Assembly: GCA_046351295.1 (NCBI GenBank)
Contig: JAXLYT010000035.1
Location: 13,452 to 77,451, forward strand
Direction: 5' to 3'
Length of the DNA: 64,000 nt
Source of the DNA: Byssovorax sp.
GTDB taxonomy: Bacteria; Myxococcota_A; Polyangia; Polyangiales; Polyangiaceae
The notes under the pieces were generated by a model. It was not told the DNA's origin. It ran no database searches and was given only the letters and a program-made list of their open reading frames with translations. Of this stretch, positions 10,119 through 20,184 are shown piece by piece; within the stretch, counting starts at the first letter, position 1, and every line of letters starts with the position of its first letter. The translations under genes and the position numbers were made by a program.

Positions 10119-11147
10119 ATGCGACTCGGTTTGATGATGGGTTATTCCGGCGCCGGGATCTCGGTGGACATCGATCTGATCAAGGAGGCCGAGGCGCTCG
10201 GCTACAGCTCGGTGTGGACGGCGGAGGCCTGGGGGTCGGACGCGGTGACGCCGCTCGCGTGGGTCGGCGCGCAGACGCAGAAGATCAAGCTCGGCACGGC
10301 GATCATGCAGCTCCCCGGGCGCTCTCCGGCCAACGCCGCGATGACGGCGATGACGCTCGACGCGCTCTCCGGCGGTCGCTTCATCATGGGCCTCGGCACC
10401 TCGGGCCCGCAGGTCGTCGAGGGCTGGCACGGCGTCTCGTTCGACAAGCCGCTCACGTGGCTGCGCGAGTACATCACCATCGTGAAGCAGATCTTCGCCC
10501 GGGAAAAGCCGCTGGAATTCCAGGGCGCGCGCTACCAGATCCCCTACCGAGGGCCGGGGGCGAGCGGGCTCGGCAAGCCGCTCAAGAGCATCCTCCACGG
10601 GCGCAAGGACCTCCCCATCTACACCGGATCCATGGCGCCGAAGAGCCAGGCGCTGAGCGCGGAGATCGCGGATGGGTTGCTGCTGACGTGCATGCACCCC
10701 GAGCGCTTCGAGGTGATCGGCGAGAACCTCGAAGAGGGCTTCGCCAGGGCCGGCGGCGGCAAGAGCCTCGCCACGTTCGATGTCGCCCCCACGGTGAACG
10801 TGATCGTGGGCGATGATCTCGACGTGTGCCGCGCGCCGATCAAGATGAGCCTCGCGCTCTACATCGGCGGCATGGGCGCGCGGAACAAGAACTTCTACAA
10901 CGACTACGTCCGCAAGATCGGCTTCGAGGAAGACGCGATCGCCATCCAGGATCTGTACCTCGCCGGCAAGCGGGGCGAGGCGATCGCCCGTGTGCCCGAC
11001 GCGCTGGTCGACGCGCTGCACCTCGTGGGGCCGAAGGAGCGGATCCGCGATCGGTTCGAGGCGTGGAAGGCCTCGAAGGTGGGGACGATGATCGTCGCGA
11101 CGGTGCAGCCCGAGGCGGTGCGGCTGATGGCGGAGCTCGCCGGCTGA
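10119..11147 (+). CDS. LLM-class (luciferase-like) F420-dependent oxidoreductase
   Basis: It has a TIM-barrel LLM fold. The motifs [20 protein letters not shown] are typical of F420-dependent LLM enzymes. It sits beside F420 biosynthesis genes. Confidence 0.75.
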   Translation: MRLGLMMGYSGAGISVDIDLIKEAEALGYSSVWTAEAWGSDAVTPLAWVGAQTQKIKLGTAIMQLPGRSPANAAMTAMTLDALSGGRFIMGLGTSGPQVVEGWHGVSFDKPLTWLREYITIVKQIFAREKPLEFQGARYQIPYRGPGASGLGKPLKSILHGRKDLPIYTGSMAPKSQALSAEIADGLLLTCMHPERFEVIGENLEEGFARAGGGKSLATFDVAPTVNVIVGDDLDVCRAPIKMSLALYIGGMGARNKNFYNDYVRKIGFEEDAIAIQDLYLAGKRGEAIARVPDALVDALHLVGPKERIRDRFEAWKASKVGTMIVATVQPEAVRLMAELAG

Positions 11148-11154
11148 CGCTCGC

Positions 11155-11796
11155 TCAGGGCAAGCCGGTGATGCGCAGGCCGGCCGTGCCCTTGTACTTG
11201 CGGTTCAGGTAGAGCAGCACCGGCGTGAGGCTCTCGAGCGCCACGGCGTTCGGCAGCGGGCCCGCGTCGAGGCCCTTGAGGCCGAGATCGGCGATCAAGG
11301 CGAGCACGGTGGCCTTCGCGGCCTCGTCGTCGCCGGCGATCAGCACGTCGCACTCGATCGCGTGATCGGGCTCGCCGAGGTGCGCCGAGCTCACGTGGTG
11401 CAGGGCCGCCACCACCTTCACCGTCGGGCCGAGCAAGGCCTGGGCTTCCATCGCGGCCGAGCGGCCCTCGGGGAGGTTCACGAGCGTCACCTTCGGGGGC
11501 TTGAGCGGCACGGTGATGTCGATGAGCACGCGGCCGGCGAGGTCTTCGGCGAGGCCCTTCAGCGTCTCGGCGTGCGCGGCGTAGGGCACGGAGAGGAGCA
11601 CGACCTCGGACTCGCGGACGCACCAGCCGTTGTCGCCGCCCTGGATGCCGGAAGCCTCTGCGGCGAGCTCCGCGGCGCGCGCCTTGGCCCGCTCTGCGTC
11701 GCGCGATCCGATGCGCACCTCGTGCCCTGCCCTGGCCCAGCGCATGGCGAGCCCTTTGCCTTCGCGTCCCGTTCCGCCGACGATCCCGATGCGCAT
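11155..11796 (-). CDS. fno: NADPH-dependent F420 reductase (F420H2:NADP+ oxidoreductase, Fno/NpdG)
   Basis: The N-terminus [27 protein letters not shown] carries a Rossmann GxGxxG motif. The protein is about 213 aa, the expected size. Confidence 0.8.
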   Translation of the reverse strand: MRIGIVGGTGREGKGLAMRWARAGHEVRIGSRDAERAKARAAELAAEASGIQGGDNGWCVRESEVVLLSVPYAAHAETLKGLAEDLAGRVLIDITVPLKPPKVTLVNLPEGRSAAMEAQALLGPTVKVVAALHHVSSAHLGEPDHAIECDVLIAGDDEAAKATVLALIADLGLKGLDAGPLPNAVALESLTPVLLYLNRKYKGTAGLRITGLP

Positions 11797-11940
11797 CTCG
11801 ATCCTCCAGCCCGGGCGTTCGTCGCGTGGAGCGCCGCCGGGCGCGCGACTCTACCAATGCGCGGGCTTTACGTGGCCGGAAAACCGGGGTACTCCGCGGC
11901 CGAGGTGCGAGCTACGGCTGAGACGGGCGAGCGCCGCGCG

Positions 11941-12732
11941 ATGAACGTCCACTGCGGAGATCACCTCGAAATCCGGGCCCTCTCCGGCCTGCCTCTGATC
12001 GAGCCCGGCGACGATCTGGGCGCGATCGTGCTCGCCGCGCTCGCGCGGGACGGGCTCTCGCTGGTGGACGGCGACGTGATCGTGGTGGCCTCCAAGCTCG
12101 TCTCCCGGGCCGAGGGGCGCTTCGTCGATCTCCGCACGGTCGAGGTCTCGCCGGAAGCCGCGGCGCTCGCCGAGGAGACCGAGAAGGACCCTCGTCTGGT
12201 GGAGCTCGTCCTCCGGGAAACGAAGGCGATCTCGCGCAAGAGCAAGGGGGCGCTGGTGGTGCGTCACAAGCTCGGCTTCGTCTCGGCGGACGCGGGGATC
12301 GATCGGAGCAACGCGCGTCCGGTGGGCGCGCCCGAGGGCAGCGGGCCGTGGGCGCTGCTCCTGCCGGTCGCGCCGGATGCCTCGGCGCGGGCGATCCGCG
12401 AGGCGCTGGAGAAGGCCTCGGGCAAGACGGTGGGCGTGCTCGTCAGCGACTCGTTCGGCCGGCCTTTCCGGCTCGGCACGGTGGGCGCGGCGATCGGCGT
12501 GGCGGGCCTCCCGCCGGTGTGGGACCGGCGCGGCGAGCTCGACCTGTATGGCCGCCCGCTCGAGCACACGTTCACGGCGCTCGCCGATCAGGTGGCCGCG
12601 GCGGCCGATCTCGTGGCCGGGCAAGCGGCGGAGCGGCGGGGCGCGATCCTCGTCCGCGGCCTCTCCTTCGAGGCGGGCGAGCACTCCGCGGAGGAGCTTT
12701 ACCGGCCTCTTCCCATGGATCTCTACAGGTGA
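11941..12732 (+). CDS. cofE: coenzyme F420-0:L-glutamate ligase (CofE; archaeal-type, no nitroreductase domain)
   Basis: The motifs [17 protein letters not shown] and [12 protein letters not shown] match the CofE/FbiB N-terminal ligase domain. An alternative start at 11857 is possible. Confidence 0.75.
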   Translation: MNVHCGDHLEIRALSGLPLIEPGDDLGAIVLAALARDGLSLVDGDVIVVASKLVSRAEGRFVDLRTVEVSPEAAALAEETEKDPRLVELVLRETKAISRKSKGALVVRHKLGFVSADAGIDRSNARPVGAPEGSGPWALLLPVAPDASARAIREALEKASGKTVGVLVSDSFGRPFRLGTVGAAIGVAGLPPVWDRRGELDLYGRPLEHTFTALADQVAAAADLVAGQAAERRGAILVRGLSFEAGEHSAEELYRPLPMDLYR

Positions 12733-12739
12733 TCGGGCG

Positions 12740-13663
12740 ATGAAGGCGAGGGTCCTCGGCCTCTCGGGCGGCGTCGGCGGCGCGCGCTTCCTCCATGGCC
12801 TCTACAAGGCGCTGCCCGCGGGCGCGCTCACCATCGCCGTCAACACCGGGGACGACTTCGAGCACTGGGGCCTGTGGATCTCGCCCGATCTCGACACGGT
12901 GATGTACACGCTCTCCGATCTCGGCCACGAGGAGCGGGGCTGGGGGCTCGCCGAGGAGAGCTTCGCGACCCTCTCGATGATCCGCCGCTACGGTGGGGAC
13001 GACTGGTTCGCGCTGGGCGATCGCGATCTCGCGACACACCTCCTGCGCACGGAGGCGCTCCGGCGCGGCGAGCCGCTCCACGCGGTGACCGATCGCCTTT
13101 GCCGGGCGCTGGGGATCACCGCGCAGGTCTTGCCGATGGCCGATGGCCCTTGTCGGACGATGATCGACACCGAGGAAGAGGGCACCCTGCCCTTCCAGGT
13201 GTGGTTCGTGCGGCACCGCGCCGCACCCAAGGTCACGCGCGTGTGGTCGGACGGCGCGCCGCCACCTGCGCCCGGGCTCGTCGCGGCGATCGAGGCGGCG
13301 GAGCTCGTGCTGATCGGGCCGTCGAACCCGTACGTGTCGATCGATCCGATCCTCGATCGGCCCGGGGTGCGCGCGGCGCTCCGCGGCAAGACGGTGGTGG
13401 CGGTGAGCCCGCTCGTGCACGGGCAGGCGGTGAAGGGGCCGCTCGCGGCGATGATCCCGGCGCTCGGCGGGCGCGAGGCCTCGAGCGCGGCCATCGCGGC
13501 GCACTACGGCGATCTGCTCTCCGGCATGGTGGTCGAGACGGGCGACGACGAGGGGCTCGGCGCGCTGCCGTCGCTCGCGACCTCGACGGTGATGAAGACG
13601 CGGGCCGACAGCCTGCGCCTCGCCCGCGAGGTGCTCGCCTTCGCGGAGGCGCTCCGGCGATGA
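12740..13663 (+). CDS. cofD: 2-phospho-L-lactate transferase (CofD/FbiA)
   Basis: The N-terminus [21 protein letters not shown] matches the CofD/YvcK family. The motifs [24 protein letters not shown] and [14 protein letters not shown] are also present. Confidence 0.85.
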   Translation: MKARVLGLSGGVGGARFLHGLYKALPAGALTIAVNTGDDFEHWGLWISPDLDTVMYTLSDLGHEERGWGLAEESFATLSMIRRYGGDDWFALGDRDLATHLLRTEALRRGEPLHAVTDRLCRALGITAQVLPMADGPCRTMIDTEEEGTLPFQVWFVRHRAAPKVTRVWSDGAPPPAPGLVAAIEAAELVLIGPSNPYVSIDPILDRPGVRAALRGKTVVAVSPLVHGQAVKGPLAAMIPALGGREASSAAIAAHYGDLLSGMVVETGDDEGLGALPSLATSTVMKTRADSLRLAREVLAFAEALRR

Positions 13664-14328
13664 GCGCCGCGCCCTCCCGCGACGCCGGGCCGCCCTGGGC
13701 GCTGATCCCGGTCAAGGCCTTCTCGCAGGCCAAATCCAGGCTCGCGCCGGCGCTCGGCCCGCGGGAGCGCGCCCTCTTCGCGCGGAGCCTCTTCGAGCAT
13801 GTGCTCGGGGCGCTCGCGCCCTGCGCGGAGCTCGGCGGGGTGCTGGTGGTGACGGCTTGTCCCGAGGTCGCGGCGGTCGCGCGGGCGCACGGCGCCGAGG
13901 TGGCAACCGACGCGGTGCCGGAGGGGCTCGGCCTCATCGTCGACGGCGGGCTCGCGGCGCTCGCGGCGCGCGGGGCCGGGAGCGCGCTCGTGCTGATGAG
14001 TGACCTGCCGAGGCTGGAGACGGCGGAGATCCGGCGCCTGCTCGATCTTTTGAGGTCCAACGATCTGGTGCTGTCGCCGGACGAGCGGGACGAGGGGACG
14101 AACGCGCTCGGGCTCTCGCCGGTCGATCGGATCGAGACGCTCTTCGGGCGGGCCGACAGCTTCGCGCGGCACTGCCAGCGGGCCAAGGATCTCGGCCTCA
14201 CGCCGGCCATCCTCCGCAGCCCGGGGCTCGGCTTCGACATCGACGGGCCGGACGATCTGGCGAGGCTCGGAGCGCCCGGCCGATCAGCGGCGCTCGGCGC
14301 CGAGCCCGGCTCTCGCCCGGCGGCCTGA
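13660..14328 (+). CDS. cofC: 2-phospho-L-lactate (or PEP) guanylyltransferase (CofC/FbiD)
   Basis: It overlaps cofD by 4 bp (ATGA). It has an MobA-like nucleotidyltransferase fold ([14 protein letters not shown]). The protein is about 222 aa. Confidence 0.75.
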   Translation: MSAAPSRDAGPPWALIPVKAFSQAKSRLAPALGPRERALFARSLFEHVLGALAPCAELGGVLVVTACPEVAAVARAHGAEVATDAVPEGLGLIVDGGLAALAARGAGSALVLMSDLPRLETAEIRRLLDLLRSNDLVLSPDERDEGTNALGLSPVDRIETLFGRADSFARHCQRAKDLGLTPAILRSPGLGFDIDGPDDLARLGAPGRSAALGAEPGSRPAA

Positions 14329-14343
14329 TCGCGCCGCGAACGA

Positions 14344-14379
14344 GCGCGCGCTTTGCGCTCCAGTACGCAAAGCGCGCGC
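14344..14379. promoter_or_regulatory. perfect 14-bp inverted repeat (gcgcgcgctttgcg-N8-cgcaaagcgcgcgc), 16 nt after the cofC stop
   Basis: The arms were verified as exact reverse complements. No T tract follows. It is either a terminator-like hairpin or a palindromic operator in the cofC-had intergenic region. Confidence 0.4.
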
Positions 14380-14577
14380 ATTCCGCTGCGTCATCGAGCG
14401 CGAAAAAGCGCTGAAAATTCCCTGCAAATCACGTCGTGACCGGGGCTGGCACAAGCGCTGCACAGGCGCTCGACACCGGTTCTTCGGCGCGTGAGCCGAG
14501 GCCGTGAGGAAGCCAAACTGCTCACCTTCGGAAAGGAAGCTCGAGCGAACGCGGCTGACCACGCCGGATCATCTTGT

Positions 14578-14637
14578 CCACGGAGACGTGGAGGTGCCCA
14601 AAGTCCTCCAACCGCCCAAGCCTCCACGTCTCCGTGG
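14578..14637. promoter_or_regulatory. perfect 17-bp inverted repeat (ccacggagacgtggagg-N26-cctccacgtctccgtgg) about 55 bp upstream of the had start
   Basis: Exact reverse-complement arms were read directly in the sequence. It lies in the leader of the benzoyl-CoA operon. Confidence 0.4.
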
Positions 14638-14692
14638 CTCGTTCTTCGCGCGGCCTGCCCGGGGCCCGAGCTCCATTCGCCCTCGGGGTGCC

Positions 14693-15805
14693 ATGTCAAT
14701 CGATGGATATGTATGGGCCCTGGAAGCGCCCGGCCATCCGCTCGTGCGCAAGCCTCGCACGTTCACCGATCCTCCCGCCGGGCTCGCGCTGCTCGAGGTG
14801 ATGGGTACAGGTGTCTGTCACACCGATCTCGGCTTCGCCGACGGTGATGTCGCGCCCAAGGCGCCGCTGCCCCTCGTGCTCGGACACGAGATCGTCGGCC
14901 GCGTGCTCCAGGTGGGCGGCGGCGCAGGCGATGATCTCGTGGGGCGCCGCGTGCTCGCGCCCGCCGTGTCGCCGTGCGGTGTCTGCGCAGCGTGCCGGCG
15001 AGGTCGCCCCACGTCGTGCCCCAAGGGGCGAATGCCGGGCAACGACGCCGACGGCGGCTTCGCCACGCATGTGCTCGTGCCCGCCGTCGACCTCGTGGCG
15101 CTCGATCCTCCGGGCGCGGCCGGCGCGGCCAGCTTGCAAGGCCCGCTCGGTGAGGCCGGGCTCGAACCGTGGGAGATCGCGCCGATCGCCGACGCCGCCA
15201 CCACGGCCTACCAGGCCATCGTCCGGGCGAAGCTCGCCGAGGGCGAGGTGGCGATCTTCATCGGCGCGGGCGGCGTGGGCGGCTTCGGCGTGCAGCTCGC
15301 GAAGACGGTGGGCGCCTTCGTCGTCGCGATCGACGTGAGCCGGGCGCGCCTCGCCGCGCTCGAAGGATCGGCCGACGAGGTCGTCGACTCGACGGGCCTC
15401 GACGCGCGCGGCGTGCGCGAGGCAGTGCGATCGAAGATCAAGGCGCGCGGCAAGGGCGGCGTCCCCGTGCGGGTCTTCGAGACCAGCGGCACGACGCCCG
15501 GCCAGGCCGCGGCCTTCGAGCTGCTCGACCGGGGCGGGAGCCTCTCGATCGTCGGCTTCACCCGCGACAAGACGCCGGTGCGTCTCTCCAACGTGATGGC
15601 GCTCGACGCGGAGATCTACGGTAACTGGGGCTGCGATCCCGCCCTCTACGGCGAGGTCGTCAAGAGGGTGCTCGCCGGGCAGGTCAAGGTCCGCCCCTTC
15701 GTCGAGCGCCGGCCCCTCGACAGTGTGAACGAGGTCCTGAACGAGCTGCGCGCGCACCGCCTGAGCCGCCGCGCGGTGCTCGTCCCCGAGATTCTAGGAG
15801 GGTAG
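14693..15805 (+). CDS. had: Zn-dependent medium-chain dehydrogenase, probable 6-hydroxycyclohex-1-ene-1-carbonyl-CoA dehydrogenase (Had/BamQ-like)
   Basis: The zinc site GHEIVGRV with CHTDL and the structural-zinc Cys cluster CGVCAACRRG place it in the MDR family. The 370-aa size and the context upstream of oah/dch/bcr match Had. Confidence 0.65.
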   Translation: MSIDGYVWALEAPGHPLVRKPRTFTDPPAGLALLEVMGTGVCHTDLGFADGDVAPKAPLPLVLGHEIVGRVLQVGGGAGDDLVGRRVLAPAVSPCGVCAACRRGRPTSCPKGRMPGNDADGGFATHVLVPAVDLVALDPPGAAGAASLQGPLGEAGLEPWEIAPIADAATTAYQAIVRAKLAEGEVAIFIGAGGVGGFGVQLAKTVGAFVVAIDVSRARLAALEGSADEVVDSTGLDARGVREAVRSKIKARGKGGVPVRVFETSGTTPGQAAAFELLDRGGSLSIVGFTRDKTPVRLSNVMALDAEIYGNWGCDPALYGEVVKRVLAGQVKVRPFVERRPLDSVNEVLNELRAHRLSRRAVLVPEILGG

Positions 15806-15810
15806 CGCCG

Positions 15811-16923
15811 ATGGGTTCTCACGAGCTTGTGCCTGGGTATGAATTCAAGGCGATCCGTTACGAGCGAAGGCCGCTGAAGAGCGCCGCCGGCGCCCCGGTC
15901 GAGGGGCTCTATTCGGCGTGGATCATGCTCGATAACCCGTCGGAGATGAACGCCTACACCACCGAGGCGGTGCGCGAGGTGATCCTCGCCTTCCGCCGCG
16001 CGAGCGAGGACCCCGCGGTGGTGGCGGCCGTCTTCACGGGCGCTGGCAACAGGGCCTTCTGCGCCGGCGGCAACACCCGCGAGTACGCGACGTACTACGC
16101 CGGCCACCCGGCTCGCTACCGCGCGTACATGCGGCTCTTCAACGACATGGTGAGCGCCATCCTCGCATGCGACAAACCCACGATCTGCCGCGTCAACGGC
16201 CTGCGGGTCGGCGGCGGGCAGGAGATCGGGATGGCGTGCGATTTCTCGATCGCCCAGGACATGGCGCGCTTCGGCCAGGCGGGGCCCAAGCACGGCTCGG
16301 CGCCCGACGGCGGCGCGACGGATTTCCTCCCGCTGTTCGTGGGCGTCGAGCGGGCGCTCGAGAGCTGCGCGCTCTGCGAGCCGTGGAGCGCGCACAAGGC
16401 GCACCGCCTCGGCCTCATCACCGAGATCGTCCCGGCGCTGCGCGTCGACGGCGAGCTGAGGCCGAACCCGCTCGTCGAGACGAGCCGCTTCGTCGATCCG
16501 GCGACGGGCAAGATCGTCCACGGCGAGCCCCTGACGGGCGAGGCGCTCGCCGAGGGCAAGAAGCTCCTCGCGCGCGGCGAGATCGATCTCGGGCCGCTCG
16601 ACGCCGCGGTCGAGAGCCTCGTGACCCGCCTCGCCGCCACCATGCCCGACTGCCTGACGCGCACCCTGGAGAGCGTGCGCAAGCACAAGCTCGAGCACTG
16701 GGATCGCAACAAGGAGGGCAGCCGCGCGTGGCTCTCGCTCAACATGATGACCGAGGCCAAGGCCGGCTTCCGCGCCTTCCACTTCGCGCCCGGGGGAAAG
16801 CGCGAGCTCGATTTCTACGCGCTCCGCAGGGCCCTCGCCTCCGGCAAGACCTGGGACGAGTCGCTCTTCAAGGAGCTCGGTGTCGATGACGCCTCGTGCG
16901 TCGAGCGAGGGGGCAAGGCATGA
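15811..16923 (+). CDS. oah: 6-oxocyclohex-1-ene-1-carbonyl-CoA hydrolase (ring-opening; Oah/BamA), crotonase superfamily
   Basis: It has a crotonase fold (FCAGGN, GGGQEIGMACDF) with the long C-terminal extension typical of Oah/BamA. The protein is about 370 aa. Confidence 0.75.
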   Translation: MGSHELVPGYEFKAIRYERRPLKSAAGAPVEGLYSAWIMLDNPSEMNAYTTEAVREVILAFRRASEDPAVVAAVFTGAGNRAFCAGGNTREYATYYAGHPARYRAYMRLFNDMVSAILACDKPTICRVNGLRVGGGQEIGMACDFSIAQDMARFGQAGPKHGSAPDGGATDFLPLFVGVERALESCALCEPWSAHKAHRLGLITEIVPALRVDGELRPNPLVETSRFVDPATGKIVHGEPLTGEALAEGKKLLARGEIDLGPLDAAVESLVTRLAATMPDCLTRTLESVRKHKLEHWDRNKEGSRAWLSLNMMTEAKAGFRAFHFAPGGKRELDFYALRRALASGKTWDESLFKELGVDDASCVERGGKA

Positions 16924-17696
16924 GCCGCGAGACCACGGTCGCCGTCACTCGCCTCGCCGGAGGGATGATCGCGCGGGTCTGCCTCACCGGCGACAAGGGC
17001 AACATCCTGAGCCGCGCGGCGGTCGCCTCGCTGAGCAAGGCCTTCCAGGAGATCGGCGCGGACATGCGCGTCAAGGCGGTGCTGCTCGCCGCCGACGGGC
17101 CGAGCTTCTGCTACGGCGCGAGCGTTCCCGAGCATGCGCCGGGCGAGGTGGAGCGGATGCTCCCGGAGTTCTGCGCGCTCTTCCGCACGATCGCCGCCTC
17201 CTCGCTCCCGGTGGCCGCGGCGGTGCGGGGCCGGTGCCTCGGCGGAGGGCTCGAATTGGCGCTCGCCGCCACGCGCCTCGTCGTCGCGGAGGACTCCGTG
17301 CTCGGCCTGCCCGAGGTCACGCTCGGCGTCTTCCCGCCGGTCGCGCCGGTGCTCCTCCACTTCCGCACGCGCCAGCCGGTCATCGATCGCATGGTGGTCC
17401 TCGGCGAGACCATCTCCGGCGTCGAGGCCGTGGCCCTCGGCGTGGCCGACTCCTGCGCGCCGGCGTCGGAGGTCGAGCCGAAGGCCCTGGCGTGGGCCGA
17501 GCGCTACCGCGATCTGTCCGGCGTCGCCGTCCGCTACGCCACCCGGGCCTCGCGGATCGGCTGGAACGAGGCGCTCGCGGGCAGGCTCGATCGCCTGGAG
17601 AAGATGTACCTCAACGACCTGATGGCGACGGCCGACGCGAAGGAGGGCATCACGGCCTTCCTGGAGCGCCGCTCCCCCCGGTGGACCGACCAATGA
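16920..17696 (+). CDS. dch: enoyl-CoA hydratase family, probable cyclohexa-1,5-diene-1-carbonyl-CoA hydratase (Dch/BamR)
   Basis: It has a crotonase fold (GGGLELALAATRLVVAED). It is about 258 aa. It overlaps oah by 4 bp and sits directly upstream of bcrC. Confidence 0.7.
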   Translation: MSRETTVAVTRLAGGMIARVCLTGDKGNILSRAAVASLSKAFQEIGADMRVKAVLLAADGPSFCYGASVPEHAPGEVERMLPEFCALFRTIAASSLPVAAAVRGRCLGGGLELALAATRLVVAEDSVLGLPEVTLGVFPPVAPVLLHFRTRQPVIDRMVVLGETISGVEAVALGVADSCAPASEVEPKALAWAERYRDLSGVAVRYATRASRIGWNEALAGRLDRLEKMYLNDLMATADAKEGITAFLERRSPRWTDQ

Positions 17697-18859
17697 GATC
17701 GACGACGGAGATCGCCGCGCTCTGCGAGCAGATCGCGCTCGACACGCAGCTCGGCGCGGTGCGCGCCTACCAGGAAAAGACGGGGCAGAAGGCGATCGGG
17801 CATTTGCCGATCTATGCCCCGCGCGAGGTCATCCAGGCCGCGGGGATGCTCCCGGTCGGCATCCTCGGCGGCGGCGATCAGATCGAGATCATCCGCGGCG
17901 ACGCCTACTTCCAGTCGTACATCTGCCAGATCCCCCGGAGCGTCGTGGAGATGGGCCTCACCGCCCGCCTCGACTGCCTCTCCGGGATGCTCTTCCCCGC
18001 GATCTGCGACGTGATCCGGAACCTCTCCGGCGTCTGGCAGCTCCTCTTCCCGGAGAAGTACGTCCGCTACATCGACGTGCCGCAGAACGAGGTGTGGGAG
18101 ATAGGCGGGCGCTTCTACATGCACGATCTGCGCGAGCTCGGCCGCGAGCTCGGCCAGGTGTCCGGCACGGCGCCCACGGACGAGAGCCTGCGGGCGGCGA
18201 TCCGCGCGCACAACGAAGTGCGCCGGCTGATCCGCGAGCTCTACGATCTGCGGGCGAAGCGGCCCGAGCTCGTGCCGACGGCCGAGGCCTATGTGCTCGT
18301 GCGGGCCGGCTATCAGCTCCCGGCCGAGGAGCATGCGGCCCTGCTCCGCGAGTACATGGACGCGGCGCGGGAGAGCAAGCGCCCGGCGCTCGATCAGGCG
18401 CGCGTCATCGTGATCGGCACCTTCTGCGAGCAGCCCCCGCTCGGCCTGCTCAAGACGCTGGAGCGCGCCGGCTGCTACATCGTCGACGACGATCTCATCC
18501 TCGGCGCGCGCTTCCTCACGAGCGACGTGGACGAGACGATCGACCCGTGGGAGGCGCTCGCCCGGGCGTATTTGCAGAGCCAGGCGCACACCTCGTCCCG
18601 CTACCGCCCCGAGGAGCAGAAGGGCCGCTACCTGGTCGACCGCTGCAAGCAGCGCGGCGCCGAGGGTGTGATCTTCTGCGCCCCGAGCTTCTGCGATCCG
18701 GCGCTGCTCGAGCAGCCGATGCTGGAGGCCGCGCTCGATCGGGCGGGCATCCAGCACACCGCGTTCAAGTACGCCGAGAACACCGCGCAGTTCCAGGCCA
18801 TTCACGAGCAGGCCGGCACCTTCTCCGATTCCATCCGCCTCTGGAGCCTCGAAGCATGA
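17693..18859 (+). CDS. bcrC: benzoyl-CoA reductase subunit C (gamma), HgdB/BcrC family
   Basis: It belongs to the 2-hydroxyglutaryl-CoA dehydratase D-component family. At 388 aa it matches the size of the BCR gamma subunit. It overlaps dch by 4 bp. Confidence 0.8.
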   Translation: MRSTTEIAALCEQIALDTQLGAVRAYQEKTGQKAIGHLPIYAPREVIQAAGMLPVGILGGGDQIEIIRGDAYFQSYICQIPRSVVEMGLTARLDCLSGMLFPAICDVIRNLSGVWQLLFPEKYVRYIDVPQNEVWEIGGRFYMHDLRELGRELGQVSGTAPTDESLRAAIRAHNEVRRLIRELYDLRAKRPELVPTAEAYVLVRAGYQLPAEEHAALLREYMDAARESKRPALDQARVIVIGTFCEQPPLGLLKTLERAGCYIVDDDLILGARFLTSDVDETIDPWEALARAYLQSQAHTSSRYRPEEQKGRYLVDRCKQRGAEGVIFCAPSFCDPALLEQPMLEAALDRAGIQHTAFKYAENTAQFQAIHEQAGTFSDSIRLWSLEA

Positions 18860-20184
18860 AAGACGACGCCGCGCAGGATGTCCCCAAGGAGCCCTCGATG
18901 CTCCGCCAGAAGGAGCTCGTCTCCGGGCACTTCGACGCGCTCGCCACGGCCCGCGACGACGGCCGCAAGGTCGCCTACACCTTCGTGCCGGGCAACCTCA
19001 CCGAGCTGCTCCTCGCCTTCGACGTGCTCCCGGTGCTGCCGGAGATCAACGCGCTCCAGTCGGGGATGCGCAAGCGCTCGGGGGCGTACATCACCGAGGC
19101 CGAGAAGCTCGGCCACTCGGAGGATGTCTGCTCGTATGTGAAGTGCGACATCGGGATGCTCAAGACGGGCCTCGGCCCGACGGGCAAGCCCATGCCTCCG
19201 CCCGACCTGCTCCTGCTCTCGTACACGGGCTGCTTCACGTTCATGAAGTGGTTCGAGCTGCTCAAGCAGGAGTTCCCCAAGGCCGAGATCGCGATGCTCC
19301 ACGTGCCGTACCAGGGCGGCGGCGTGATCACGAAGGAGATGCGCGACTACGTGGTCGCCCAGCTCCGGAGCGAGGTCGTCCCCAAGCTCGAGAAGATCAC
19401 CGGCAAGAAGCTCGACGAGGACCGGCTGAGGGGCCTGCTCGAACGCTCCGCGCGCGCCGAGGAGGACCTCGTGTGGGTGCTCGAGTCGGGCAAGCGAAAC
19501 CCCTCGCCGATCGACGGCTACTTCGGCGGCGTCTTCTACATCGGGCCGATCTTCACCGCCTTCCGCGGCACGGAAGAGGGCTGCGACTACTACAAGATGC
19601 TGCGCGAGGAGGTGCAGGGCCGGATCGATCGCAAGGAAGGGCCGATCACGCCCGCGGGGCCGCTCGATCAGCAGCGCTACCGCCTCGTGGTCGAGGGCCC
19701 GCCCAACTGGACGAGCTTCCGCGAGCTGTGGGAGATGTTCGCCTCCGAGGGCGCGGTCTGCGTCGCCAGCACGTACACCAAGGTCGGCGGGCTCTACGAT
19801 CAAGGCTTCCGGCACGATCCGGATCACCCCTTCGAGACGCTCTCCGACTACTGCCTCGGCTGCTACACGAACCTGAACCTCCCGTCGCGCACCGGCCTCA
19901 TCGCGAAATACGTCAAGGAGTACCAGGCCGACGGCTTTCTCGTTCACTCGGTCAAGAGCTGCAACTCCTTCAGCGCCGGGCAGCTCCTGATCCTCCGCGA
20001 GATCGAGAAGCGCACCGGCGTGCCCGGGGGCTTCATCGAGAGCGATCTCGTCGATCCTCGGTATTTCTCGCCCGCCAACGTGAAGAACCGGCTCGAGTCG
20101 TACCTCCAGATGATCGAGCAGAAGCGCCACGGAGGCGAGCGCAAGGAAGGCGCGTCGCTCACCGGAACGGAGTCCTCGCCGTGA
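18856..20184 (+). CDS. bcrB: benzoyl-CoA reductase subunit B (beta), HgdB/BcrB family
   Basis: It is a paralogue of BcrC with conserved Cys residues. It is 442 aa. It overlaps bcrC by 4 bp. Confidence 0.8.
   Translation: MKDDAAQDVPKEPSMLRQKELVSGHFDALATARDDGRKVAYTFVPGNLTELLLAFDVLPVLPEINALQSGMRKRSGAYITEAEKLGHSEDVCSYVKCDIGMLKTGLGPTGKPMPPPDLLLLSYTGCFTFMKWFELLKQEFPKAEIAMLHVPYQGGGVITKEMRDYVVAQLRSEVVPKLEKITGKKLDEDRLRGLLERSARAEEDLVWVLESGKRNPSPIDGYFGGVFYIGPIFTAFRGTEEGCDYYKMLREEVQGRIDRKEGPITPAGPLDQQRYRLVVEGPPNWTSFRELWEMFASEGAVCVASTYTKVGGLYDQGFRHDPDHPFETLSDYCLGCYTNLNLPSRTGLIAKYVKEYQADGFLVHSVKSCNSFSAGQLLILREIEKRTGVPGGFIESDLVDPRYFSPANVKNRLESYLQMIEQKRHGGERKEGASLTGTESSP

Noticed and set aside
8668-10119. 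483-aa reverse-strand ORF opposite the sterol reductase gene
   Set aside because: The composition is Gly/Arg/Asp/Glu-rich nonsense. The forward frame has a clear ERG4/ERG24 signature.
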